From Auanema rhodensis (taxonomy: Eukaryota; Animalia; Nematoda), in NCBI GenBank assembly GCA_964057225.1, contig OZ059894.1, positions 6,696,001-6,760,000 of the forward strand: DNA of 64,000 nt. The letters run 5' to 3'. The notes beneath the pieces were generated by a model that searched no databases, was not told where the DNA came from, and worked only from the letters and a program-made list of their open reading frames with translations. Position 1 is the first letter of the stretch, and the number at the start of each line of letters is the position of its first letter. Below, piece after piece: positions 40,201 to 53,231 of the stretch. The position numbers and the translations under genes are program-made.

Positions 40201-43200
40201 TGCTGAGAGAAAAAAATTAGCGCTGACTTTTCGGCATTTTTCTCGACTAGTTGTCAGTCAAATGTGAAACGATGGAGTTGGTTTAAGCAGGAGGAAACAA
40301 ATTACATTTCAATTTTGAATGAATATTTCAATGAAGAAGAGTGATAAACTATAATCAGCAGATTGACAGCCAGTCATTGTTGGTTGTAAAGAAAGGGATA
40401 TTAATGTATTGGCATAGTGTACATAACATTATGGAATTGTCTACTAGAAGCAATTACATTAGAACTTTTGAGCAGAGAGATAAATCATAGGATAATGTCT
40501 TACCTTTGATACGTATATCTTTAGAGATTAACGATTTATATTCATTGATCCATAAAATTGTGAAGTTCAATCGACTCTAAAGCCAGACAATTGGGCAGGT
40601 GTAATTCAAACAAATGTAATATCGATGATATTTGATATTTAGGTGGATGCTAGTGTTCATTTGAATATATGACATTCCTATTAACCATATTGTTGAACAA
40701 TATTAATAATCATCTTTGGGTTGTCAAGTGTTGAAAAGATACGTTCAATATGTGCAGGTTGAATAGAATAATTGTTCATAAGCATTGATCAAATTCTTTT
40801 CTAATTGCAATACTAATAATAGTTCGAATGATTAATAATACTCACACAGAACACCGACTATTAATATGCTAATTTAAGCAACATTCTTCACATGTGACGC
40901 CTTGCGTTTGACGCAGCCCACGTGTACTACTGCGTCATCATTTTAAACTGAGCACGCTGAAAGAACGGTTGGATTGTAAATCATTATCAAATAAATTCGA
41001 TTTCTTTCCATTTTCCTGTGAGAAAAACAGACGTATGGATCATAGAGAATGGGGAACTTTAATTAATCAAAAAAAAAGTTTTTTTTTTCTCTCGATCAAA
41101 AGCGCTAATCAAAGACAAATATAGCTGAATGGAAAAATATCGTAACAATCTTTGTAGAATGATAAGCATTGCAAACGATACGAGATACTACCGACTCATC
41201 AATTTCAGACGAAATACTTGTGCGACTTGCGAGAATCCTACGGTAAATAGTTCCGAAGTAGATAAGATGTGAATATGTAATCAGGGCAGATTAAGTGCAA
41301 ATGATCTTAGAGCCGAAAATGAACAGTATTATTGAACAGAAATGAAAAAGAAAATTCCACGGGACAATAATATTCATAGATTCGTATCATTTCTGTTTTA
41401 CAATCTTATTCAGATTCAAATAGAAGATGAACAGAACTATAATATAAACTGTACAGTATTAATTCTAAAGTTTCATTCTTCTTTTACGTTCAAAAACGGA
41501 AGGAAATCGTATTAAATAGAGCAATTGTGGTATTATTGTCATTACACGTTGAATACAGGATGAGAGGTAAAAGTATAAAAGTTATGTCGTCCGACGTTAG
41601 AAGATGGAAGAATGATGATGCAAGACGAGGCGAGGGAAGGAAAGCAATGAACAGATGTTTTGTAAACTGTTTACTAACACCAAGATTTTGAAAAAAAATC
41701 TATTTTATTACCTCTAATAGCATACATTGTGAATGTATAGTAGTAATAACAACTATAATTAATCATAAAACTATCAGAAAGTGATATTCGTCTTATTTCT
41801 TGGAGGCAGATGGTCAAAATCCATTGTGGCACAGAGAATGAAGTTGATTGATCAGATGGTTCTCTTCATGCTTGGCTACGGATATAAGGGTAATGGCTTA
41901 AAGTATCCCATCTAGAACAATCAATAATTGCTATAAACTGGATAATATTTCAACTGATGAAACGAGGAATGTACAAATGAAATTGAAAACAACTCGTACT
42001 ACTCAAGAAAGAAAACTGAGGAAAAGAAACGAAATTCAAACAGCATCGTCAAAAGCATTTTATCAGAGATTATATGATTTCATATCCACAGAGAAAAATA
42101 GTCCTTATTACTTATTTTATCAAATAAGACAAATTATAAAACTGAAAAGTATGCAATATCGAAAAAGATATATCACGTTCTGCGTTACTTATCTTTATAA
42201 AAAATCGTGGAAAAGCGGCAAAAGTGCAACATAAGAACGTTAAAACTCTCTCGGTTGACCTGAGCCGACCTCTACTGCCAGTTTAAGGTCCTCGAATGAG
42301 CGTTGTTGTTGACCACTACTGACCATTCGCCTGGTACTACCATTTCTCCTAGCCATTCTGTGCCCTCTGCTGTGTCCACGATGCATCGCTGTCTCGACCT
42401 CGTCTGTCCGAGACTTTTGTTTGTGAACAGTCTCTGTTACTCTTGGACACTCTTTCTATCTTTCTCTTTATTCAACCTCTTGTAATATCTCCTAAGTCTG
42501 GCTAGATATTAGACTTAGATTGTTAAATTGTCTGGACTCTCTATGTTTGTTATTATCTGTAATGCAGATCGGCATCGCGTTCTCTCGTACTCCCTGGAAT
42601 ATATGCACATGGACACGACGTTCGATTTCAGCTGGTCCTTGTTTAGGTCATCGAAAGACAATTGACTGTCACTTTCTAGAGTATTTTGTCATCTTTATAA
42701 TTCGTTTTGATCTATCTTTATCTTATATTCGCTGTAACCGTATCTCCGACAATCAAAGAGAATATTCAATACGAATAGTTTTTTATTAGAACCGAAACCT
42801 ATACTCTACATCTTTGAACAGTAAAGAGTCTGAATTTAAAAAAATTAATTTTAAACCGGAATTATATTACAATACAATTTCTTTTTTAAAATAGTTTGAT
42901 TTTTCAATTTGAAACTCAAATACCTGAAAAAGAATAAAATGGATGATATCACTATAGTGACACTTATTTCAAAAAATGAATATAGAAGCGTTGTTGGAAA
43001 AAAATGTATATAATAAATATTAATTCAGTTAGTAAGAAAATAAACAGGAGAAAAATATTTAGACATAATTGAATGAAATAATTATGATCAGCTTATATTT
43101 AAAAAAGGTTTCAAAGCATTTATATGTTGCAAAATTACTTTCAGATATAAAATAAAACATTTTAAAATGTATTAGTTTAAACTGATGAAATCATATTACT

Positions 43201-44157
43201 ATAATCACATATATTTTCCTGATAACAATGATAACTGTTCTTCCAATCGAGTTGAGTTGAATTAAAATTTTCAACGATTTGGAAATTTATCAACATTTTT
43301 GTTTGATTACAAATATTAGTATTTCGATAGCCTAGTCCTAAACTTTTAAAATAAATATTGTAAATTTGTTTTCTTTTTTAGGGAAAATAAGAAACTAATC
43401 ATCATAATTCAATGCGTCATAGTACTAAAATAAATCTTTTTCTATAAAATTATATAGAAATTTTCATGAAAGAGAAGATTAATTTGAATAATCCGATTTT
43501 CAACATTTTATTTAAGGCTCTCAATGTACAATTGTGTTGGCGTTTGAGTTGAATCCAACCAAATTTGCTATTCACTATATTATAAACATATTTCTTGTCT
43601 TAGATGTACTACATACCTACTCGTCTAACATCTACGAAAAATTATGAAAGAGCCATTTTCTAGAAGACAATTCATCAAATATTCTTTAATGACTAATCAT
43701 CTGTTAAAAAGTTCTATTTTTCCGTTAAACAAATATAACCAGTGCAGCAAGTAATGAAATTAGAACTTCCCGTCCCTGCCCGTCTCATATTCCTACAGTC
43801 AATCTGCAGCTCAAAAATCTCGAACTGCCTTCACGACACAGTAGTTTCTAAATAGCTTTGCTTGTTAAAAAGATTATTATCTTCTCCGGTAAAGACGAAC
43901 TCGGTTGAGGTTGACCCTCGCCCCCGCACAAACAAATACATATAAGCCAGAAAGAAGAAGCCGGCTACCAAATGATCGTTTAACCATCTTCATTTTCATT
44001 TGTACCAGCTGCCTAGCAATAATTTAATTTTCTTTTATTTTTCGTAACTATATATTTAATTAAGCAAAATTCACAGAAAATGTATTGTTCCTCGTTTCAT
44101 ACTCATGTCTTGAAAAGTTGTTATGTTGGTCCCTGCACATTTATTTTACTTTCAGTA

Positions 44158-44707
44158 ATGGATCGTCGTATTCGCTTCGGACCACCATTTTCTCCTTTAA
44201 TGAACTTCGGAACTCGCTTTTTCGACGATTTCGATTTTGACCGTCCATTCCCTCGTCCATATTGGACTGATCATAGCATGTTGACTGCTCATAAAATTGG
44301 AGAAGCTCAAGATGTAAATTTTTAATCTTTGGAAACAACATAATTCACTTTGCTCAAGGTTGTTGATAATGAACAAGAATACACTGTCTCTGTTGATGTC
44401 TCGCAGTTTGAACCAGAAGAATTGAAAGTTAACATTGTTGATGAAAAACTTGTTATCGAAGGAAAGCATGAGGAAAAGAGTGATAAATATGGAACGGTAG
44501 GCTATCCAACATACACCAAAGCTCATAAAATAGTAAAATATTAAGGTTGAGCGCCACTTTGTTCGCAAGTATCAGCTTCCACCATATGTAAAAGCAGAAG
44601 AAATCAAAAGCGACCTCAGTAAGGAAGGAGTTTTGACTGTCCGTTACGATAAGAAGCCTGATCAACAACCTCGCACAATTCCTATTAAGATTGCACCCAA
44701 ACAGTAA
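44158..44707 (+). CDS. hsp-17: Small heat-shock protein HSP-17 (alpha-crystallin domain), 3 exons
   Basis: MDRRIRFGPPFSP..FFDDFDFDR..RPYWTDHSMLTAHKIG..VSVDVSQFEPEELKVNIVD..IEGKHEEKSDKYGTVERHFVRKY..GVLTV..PRTIPI, close to C. elegans HSP-17. TATA-like TATAAG at ~43941. Confidence 0.93.
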
Positions 44708-44805
44708 ATTATAATAAATATTTTTCTTAAATCATTGTGCTGGATAGTAGTAAATCCAAAGTATATGAAAAAAATAAATAGATGCTTATGAAAAATAACT
44801 CGTTT

Positions 44806-47800
44806 CTATGATATTATGTTTTCCGGAGCTTTTTCATTGGGAGCCAACAATTTCAAAATTTGAACAAAGTCAGCTCTTGCTTTAGGGTCCTCGAATAAAG
44901 AAGAAATATATGTTTTGTCATTCTTTAACTCACCTTCACAAAGCAATGATTCATGACTGTTTGAACAATTTCAGGTGAATCTTCCGGCGCTAGCATAGGA
45001 GGTGTTTGTGAAATAATTTTCGCCTATATGTCCAAGCAAAACATATCATATTATTTTGCTTTGTACCTTTGCCTCTGCATTGGATAAAGTAGGAAAGGGA
45101 TCGGATTTACACCTGTTGTATATTTCCCAAACCAGTACTCCGTAACTCCAAACATCAGTTTTAGTCGAAAAAATTCCCTGAACACTTACTGAAAATAATA
45201 TGCTGGAAAAAATAGACATACCGAAATGAAACATTCTGGTGCCAACCATTTAACAGGTACTGATTTAATTTGCCTTAGCTTTAACTCGTTTTTTCCACTA
45301 ATTGAAAGCCCGAAGTCCCCGATTTTCAATTCATTGTTAATACCTAGTAAACAGTTTCGGGCAGCTAAATCACGATGAATCACCTTAATTATTCAGTTTA
45401 ATAATCAGAATACAATTAAAATGAAGGTCCCACTTTGCATAGCGACAAATAACACATTCCTCGACAAGCGTCCAACATAAACTTGAATAACTCGTCAGCA
45501 GAGCATTCATATTTAGAAAAATAACCCTATAAATACAATAGGCTGATTTTTAATTCGAAATAGAATAACCTGTAGAGAACCACCAGGTGCTAACTCCAAT
45601 ATAATCATAATGGGCTCTTCCTGTGGTGCAATACCATAAAGACGAACTATATTCGGATGACAAAAACGTTTCATCAGTTTTGCTTCCTGAAATCATATCA
45701 CTATGCGCAAGCATAGCTTTTCATGAAAAACCTGAATAAATTTTTTAATTTCTCTCCTACTAACTTTCCCTTTAATTTTTTTAACAGCAACATTAATAGT
45801 TTCAGATTCTGATTTTCTAAACCGACCCACATAAACTTCACCAAAAGCTCCTCCTGGTAAATGTATTTTCTTTGTCTGGATAACAAAGTAAAACTCGAAC
45901 CTCCAAGTTTTTTGAATAATTCTATATTATCATGTAATATATAATAATCTGGTCTTGCAATTCCCTTTTTCAGTACGACCTCAGCATGACCCAGAGGTTT
46001 AGCTTCCGCTATAAGATGGTTAAGTAATTCATCCAAAACATCAGCTGGTAATTAGAAATATATTTTGAGCTACACTGTCATAACATACCACTCAACCCAT
46101 TCAAGTGCCATTGTAGATTATGATAACGTAAGGGAAAATGTTGAACTTCTATCTTTGTGTGAATTGATAAGCAATAGATTGACATCTTATTCTTTTTTGT
46201 TCTACGCACTAGGAAATCTCCCTCTATCTGCAATCATTTTCATTGTATATTTTTTGATGTTCTTCGGCAGAAAAACTTAGAAAACCGTTAACAATTCTTC
46301 GCAATCACAGCGCGGCATCATTCCGTGATACCAGGGAAAATCGCATAAAGCTGCTCCAATCATCTGAAGCATGTCAATAAGATTTTTAGTTGCTCAACTA
46401 ATAGTTTTAAGACTTTTTTCACATAAATAAGAGTAATTTAGCCATTTCTTCAGCTTCCAAATAATATTGAAACATTCTTATCAGTACTTGCGAATAATTT
46501 TTGATATAAATACTACACAAGTACAGATATAGAAATAGCAAAAAGCGAAAATAACCCTCTTCACTATTTTAATTTTCTTTTTCTACGAAACATCATTTTA
46601 TCACTAATGATTTATTCTCGTATTATTTTGCCAGTGAACGCACTTCCTGAGAACATCGAACTAACCTCTATTACAAATTCATTGCCATCTTTAGATTGCA
46701 CATCATCTAATGGTTGAAATACAGTTCCTGTTTGAAGTTGACATTCACTCTAAACAATCTGGATCATAATTCCAACGTCTTTACTTATTGAAATTTTAAA
46801 TATTTCGGAGTTATACATGTACTTTTTGGCAGAAGCGAATTTGACTGATTTGTAATTTCTCTTTCTCTCTCAAAAAAAGACAGAAGAACAGGCCCTATCT
46901 CCCGATTAATCACTTATCCGACCATCACATGACACTCGTAAGTTGCCCGATAAGACTACAACAAATGTAAAAAAAAATCATTTATCCCATTTTTTTTTTC
47001 ATTTCTCTGCTTAAGTCGTAATTTTATATGAAACTTATTTTATTTTATTATGTAAAACTTAAATTAATTGAAAGGAAGATTTCGTGTGGAAAGAAAAATC
47101 ATAACATTAAGTAACAAATATGTGCCATAGTTTTAGTCACTTTTCATAGAATGAGGGCAATGTCATTTTAAATTGTTCGACTATATCTTCTAGCAGAGTA
47201 CATAAGAATTATTTCTAAAATTTGATTGGCATTCTTTCTACCAATTTGAAAAAAATGGGCATAGTGCATGAATTTTTCATTAAAATTAAAGGAAAATATG
47301 TTTTTAGTATTATCATTGTAGTCCGCACTAAATAACTCTATGTTTAGAGTATAATACAAATGATAACGACTTGCGGGCTTATATTAGCATCACATCTCAA
47401 TTACAATTAACAGGCATGTCATTACAATTTGAAAAGAGACCAGCAGAACTGTCGGCCCAGAACACAAGTCGACATGGGCTGTTAGACACCCCCCAGGGTC
47501 AAGTTGGGTGGTGCCACCATCGCTACTTTCCTTCTTCCCATCTCTTAGTTCTTTTCAATTGGTTCCTTCAATGAACGAGCAACAAATGAAATGGACAATT
47601 GGTCTTCAATCGAACGATGTCTCACTCCATTCTTGTATTTCAATTATTATCCGACTGCTTTTAATTTGTTTTAATTTTTACAACAAAAAAAGCTTGATAT
47701 TATCTAGTCTACATATCAAATATTCTATAGATTATTACTGATTTTAATCAATCACCCTTATCATAGCATCTATACCAAGAATGTATCTATATCTATCTAT

Positions 47801-48012
47801 ATATATTTTATATCAAAATGAAAATAAACTAACTAATGACATACTACTGATTTCCGTAACCTTTGAGTAGTGGAACATGTATTGCTTGGGCTATTACTCA
47901 TTTTTGGAACTGAAGAACTTCTATAAACGACCGATCCAAGTGCATCCTCGTTTTCACTTCCTTTTCTCTTGCAATTGCTCTTGTTTTTGTTTATATCTTG
48001 CTCTTTACTCAT
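44806..48012 (-). CDS. Fer/SPE-8-like non-receptor tyrosine kinase (SH2 + kinase)
   Basis: SH2 [16 protein letters not shown]; kinase [41 protein letters not shown]. Phase-consistent N-terminal exons 48012-47861, 46868-46823 and 46749-46666 are inferred; the core from 46363 is secure. Confidence 0.88.
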
Positions 48013-48176
48013 TGTTTAAAAAACGGTGTGGAACGTCTAAGATCATATTGCGCATGGTTTAAAACAATTGTTTTCGTTATTTAACTTACTTTTTTAAAAC
48101 TTTATATTTGTCAAACAGAACCAACACAGCCGTTTCTTACGGCTAAAACTAGCCAATTGTTTTTCACGCGAGCATC

Positions 48177-48233
48177 CCACGTCCACGTACCTCACGTCAA
48201 TATTACGTGTTTACCAGAAAGCGCGCTCAAATG
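48177..48233. promoter_or_regulatory. Bidirectional promoter core with clustered ACGT-core sites and a GCGCGCTC motif
   Basis: CCACGTCC, CCACGTAC, TCACGTCA, TTACGTGT and AAGCGCGCTCAAATG lie between the divergent kinase and CEPT starts. Confidence 0.45.
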
Positions 48234-48446
48234 CTATTCAGCTGACCTGTGATCAATAGGACAGACCTTGACGACTGCACTTTACATAGTCATGTCTTCT
48301 TCTTAGCTTGTTGCATTTACGTATTAAAGCTTTTCCTTTTCTTCTTTGTTTGGTATTACTTAAGAGTTGTTCTTATTCTCTTCTAATTGTATAATAAATT
48401 GATGAATAATTCAGACCTTCCGAAATTAAAGCTAGCAGTTAGTGAA

Positions 48447-50099
48447 ATGGTGGTGAGTACGCGGTCCTCCGCAGCCCGTCAGGAAAAGGAGGAGAAGTGT
48501 GATTCATTCGTTTTAATTTTTTTCATATTTTGTTTTTAAGATATGTTTATGAACCACGCCAAAAGGTTGCTCTTCGCGATTTTGTCGGCTTCAAGTACAT
48601 AGACCAATACTTAGAAGTATGCTAGATTTTGATCTTTTTCAATAACATGTTTGTTTAGTATGATTGCTTAATGACACCAGACGAATTACGGCGTCTAAGT
48701 GCCCACAAATATTCTGCAGTTGATACATCATGGCTTGATGAGTTATGTATGAAAAGGTTCTGGGATACAGTTGTTGAATATTATCCACTATGGCTTGCAC
48801 CCAACTTAATTACTTTGATAGGTGAACTTTGCATTGTTGTCTTGTAGTATTCAATGCTTATTCTCTGTTCAGGACTAATTGTTAATTTACTGACTGTTTT
48901 GATACTCACCTATTTCTGCCCAACCGCTACAGAAGTTGCCCCATCTTGGGCTTACATGCTCGCTGCTCTTGGATTGTTTATGTATCAGACACTTGATGCT
49001 ACTGGTAATTGTTTTCAAGTTTTGATGTATATAGTGTTGTTATTTCAGATGGCAAACAATCCAGAAGAACTGGAACTTCTTCCCCATTGGGTGAGCTTTT
49101 TGATCACGGATGCGATTCAATTTCTCAGGTTTTTAATTTACCCTTTATTTGAAACATGAGCTATTAACAGGTTTTTGTGACTCTTAACGTGTGTTATGCT
49201 TTGCAACTTGGAGAGTTGAGAAACAGTGCTTGGCTAGTATGTGTTCTCTCTCTGTCTCTTTTTTACTGTGCTCATTGGAGCACATATTGTACTGGAAAGT
49301 TGAAATTTTCACGATTTGATGTTACGGAGGCTCAAATGACGGTTATTTCTATGCTTATGTGCACTGGTATTTTTGGGCCAAGTCTTTGGAAAATTGGTTG
49401 GTGACTCATCATTAAACCCTTTATTTTGTCTTCTTGCAGGCTTCTTTGGACTTGAGTTAAGACATTTGGTAATCATTTCATCGCTCCTAGGCACCATATA
49501 TCAAGGAGGAGGATATTTGTATACTATTATGACTGGAGGTGTCGGCAAGAACGGATCAACAGGTTTTTTAAAATTTTGAATTTGTAAGATTTTATGTCTA
49601 AAACTTATAGTTGCTGGAACATCAGTTTTGTTCCCAGTTTGTCCCCTTCTTGCTGTGGTTGTTCCATTTTGTATGATATATAGCAAATCAAACAGTGGTG
49701 TGTTTCAAGAGAATTTTACTCTCTTCGTCTTGTTCTTTGGAGCTGTTGCCACAAAGGTAAACTTTAAAAATTTTAGAAATTTGAGATATTCAAAATTTAG
49801 GCTACGAACAGATTGATTGTTGCTCATATGAGCCGTAGTGAACTTTTTATTTGGGACTGGATTTATTTAGCTCCCATCGCTTTAATACTTAACCAGTAAG
49901 TTCAACAGATACATTACATTGTTACATTATATTGTCTAGGTACTATGACTTTATCTTTGCCGAACAAACTCTTCTGAACGTTTGTTCTATTTATGCTTAC
50001 GTTTCTTTATTGATTTACTGCTGGGTCATCACAAGACAGATTTGCGAGCATATGGGAATCCGTTGTTTTAAAATTACTCCATTAATCAAACCTCAGTAA
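48447..50099 (+). CDS. Choline/ethanolamine phosphotransferase (CEPT1 family; cept-2-like by recalled synteny)
   Basis: [22 protein letters not shown]-alcohol motif [54 protein letters not shown]. Confidence 0.95.
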
Positions 50100-50566
50100 T
50101 TGCTGCTTGAGTAGACTTCTATGTTTATATGCTTCTATTTTCAATATTATTGTCCTTCATAAGAACAACCCAGTTTTAGAACTCTGAAACGTTGTGGATA
50201 TAATGCCTTAGCTATTCCTTCTTTCACTTCAATGTATTCAGTCATTTAGTCATTTTATTGTATTTTCTCGAATAGGGTGCAGTATTTCCTTTTTGATGTT
50301 TGTGTGAGCATGGAATACGATTATAAGTATAACTATGGACTTATTTTTAGTGTCGTTTAGTTATTGTTAATTTTGATGGTTATTTAGATTTTGTATGTAT
50401 TATATGTCATGGATGCTTGGGCTACTTGCTTAAGCAATTAATATATGTTGTGTCAACTCGCAATTATTTTACTCTAATTTTTGCTCGGTTATGGCCAGTA
50501 TTATCATCAGATTTTCTAATCAATCTAACCCTTTACCTTTTTTTTTTTTTTTTGATATTTGTTGGC

Positions 50567-52192
50567 ATGAGTTCTGATACATCGCTTAATTTACTTCGAT
50601 GCGCTTATGTATTGCCCAAAAAGGGAAGGAATTGTCGGATGCTTGTAAAAGCCGGAAATAAATATTGTGGCGAACATGCTATTCACGATGCTGTTAATGA
50701 GGTGCAGATTATACCCTGCTCTTTTCTTTGAGTTATGTTGTTGTAGGATAGAATACCCTGTCCAAATGATCCCAAACATTCCGTCACGAAATCCCAATTA
50801 GCAGGCCATTTGAAAGTGTAAGAATCGATTTTTTGCCTAGGGTTATAAAAGGAAAAAATTCAGATGTAATTCCCGTTTACCTGACGAGCCATGGATAAAA
50901 GAAGGTTTCAACTGTGTTAAAGGAGAAACCCGTTATGATGCAAAAATAGATAGAAGACCTACAACAGTACAATATATTTCCGCTTTAAATAGTAAATTCT
51001 AGTTTAGGAAGAATTATCAGCTATCATTAGTAAGATTGATAAATGCTATGATGCGATAATGTCGGAAGTTGAAGAGTCCTACTTAAGAATTCCTGAAATA
51101 GTTGATTATCTCGCTAAAAATACTGAATTAAACGAGAAAAATAAGAAGCACCTCATTCAAATAGAATCTATTATAGGTTCTCGTATATATTCAATATTTA
51201 TACATTTTGTAACATTTCTAGGGCATTTAACAGAGAATAAACTGCTGACAAATAATGAAAACAATTGCTTATTCGAATTAGGGGCGGGCAAGGTATAAAC
51301 ATTAAAAAAATTATTTCTTTTAATTTATAATTTTATCTTTTAGGCTCAGTTATCATATTGGATGGCTAAAGTTTCGCCTAAAAGCAGATACTTATTAATG
51401 GATCGTAGCGGAGCCCGCAATAAATTTGACAACAAAGCGATACATGTACCAAGTTTGATTTTTGCATTCTACTCTAATTATATGATGTGATTTCAGGAAG
51501 ATCCCAATTTGAATATGCAGCGTGTGCGGTGTTCTGTGGAGCATCTTGATCTATCAGCAGTTGATCTTTTAAAAGTAGGGACGATGTGTTGTAAATCAAT
51601 ATATATCCTAATGTTTAGGGAGCTTCATCTCTCTCTGCCGTTTGTAAGCATTTCTGTGGAAGTGCTACGGATGCCGGTATTCGTTGTCTAATAAACGGAG
51701 TAAAAAATGGATTGCCGTTAGACGGCTTCGTCTTGGTTCCATGTTGCCATCATAAGAGTCGATTAATCGAAGTACGTGACATATTGTGTATTTCGGTCCC
51801 ATACGAATTTTTTAGTACTGTGGCCAAGACTTTTTTAACGAGTGGAATATTGCGACCGAAGGAGATTATGCTGCATTGAGACATGTTGCATCATGGGCTA
51901 ATTGCGGTTTCAGTGAGGTTTGTTCTCCCTTTAATTTTTAAAATTTGAATGAAACATTTAGAATGACGAAAGCGAAGATGTTGCTAGTGCTAAAAAAGCT
52001 AAGATAGAGAACATTATTGAAGAACCGAAATGGACCCCAAATTGGAAATTAAATGAGGGTCGTAAGGCAAAAATTTTATTTGAGATCGGCAGAGCAAGGT
52101 ACATTAGCGGTGCTGGTTTCAAAACGAAAGTGATGAAATATACCAATTATGATGTTTCGCCAGAAAATTTGTTGATCCTTGCTACGTTGTGA
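50567..52192 (+). CDS. TRMT13: tRNA:m4X 2'-O-methyltransferase TRM13
   Basis: CCCH finger CAYVLPKKGRNCRM..YCGEH, CHHC finger RIPCPNDPKHSV..HLKVCN, FELGAGKAQLS, CKHFCGSATD, PCCHH, VSPENLLI. Confidence 0.93.
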
Positions 52193-52336
52193 TTGTATTG
52201 TTTATTTAAATGTTATAGTATTAATTGTTCAGTTAAAGACTGTTCGTATATTCTGTGATCTGATACCAAACGACGTTATTCGAAGTTTATATTTATAATA
52301 GTTTCTAAAAATAATTATAGTCATCAAATTTCTAGA

Positions 52337-53102
52337 ATGAAACTTCTGTCCAGATCCGCTCAAATTTTCTCTAATGCCTGCAGGTTTGCTTCTAACAGAC
52401 CTAAGGTTTTCTTTGATGTGAACATTGGAGACAAGCCAGCAGGAAAAATTACTATTGAAGTGAGTTATTTTCTTGGTTCAATCAACTTATTGTTATTACT
52501 TTTAGTTGTACAAGGATGTTGTGCCCAAGACTGCTGAGAACTTCAGAGCTCTTTGTACCGGAGAAAAGGGAAAGGGAAAGAGTGGTGTTCCTCTTCACTT
52601 CAAGGGATCTCACTTTCATAGAATTATTCCTGAGTTCATGATTCAAGGAGGAGATTTCACTCTTGGTGATGGGCGAGGAGGCGAGTCCATCTACGGACAT
52701 AAGTTTGAGGTTTTCATTGAATCTCATTTCTAAACATTACATCTTGTATTAAGGATGAGAACTTCAACCTCCCACACTCCGGAGTTGGCTGTGTTTCTAT
52801 GGCAAATGCAGGACCAAACACTAATGGATCTCAATTCTTTATTTGTACCGCTGATACTCCATGGTAGTTTGTTTCTTTAAGCAATATTTATTCAAATATA
52901 TTTTAAGGTTGAATGGTGCTCACGTTGTTTTTGGTCAAGTTACTGAAGGTCTCTCAATTGTCAAGCAGGTTCTTTTATCCAGCGTTGTATTTAAACATTC
53001 AATATCTTGTTCCAGATCGAGGCTCAAGGATCCCGTTCTGGTAGACCAAAAGAAAGAGTTTCCATTGTTGATTGTGGAGAAATTAAAGAAGACTCCGAAT
53101 AG
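52337..53102 (+). CDS. cyn-1: Mitochondrial cyclophilin (CypD/PPIF-type peptidyl-prolyl isomerase)
   Basis: Mitochondrial presequence [19 protein letters not shown], then [66 protein letters not shown]. Confidence 0.95.
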
Positions 53103-53231
53103 TCCTTTACGTTGTCGAGTTTTTTTGTTTATTTCTAGATCTTTTAGGAATTTTTTGTTACAAGTTAAAAATTTGTTGAAATTATAAAGTTATTGTCTTT
53201 AGTTTTGAAAAATTGTGCATCTCATACAGGA

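Noticed and set aside
30331-42789. Many 60-120 aa F/L/S-rich or K/R/E-rich ORFs
   Set aside because: They reflect the purine/pyrimidine strand skew; no domain motifs and no consistent splice phase.
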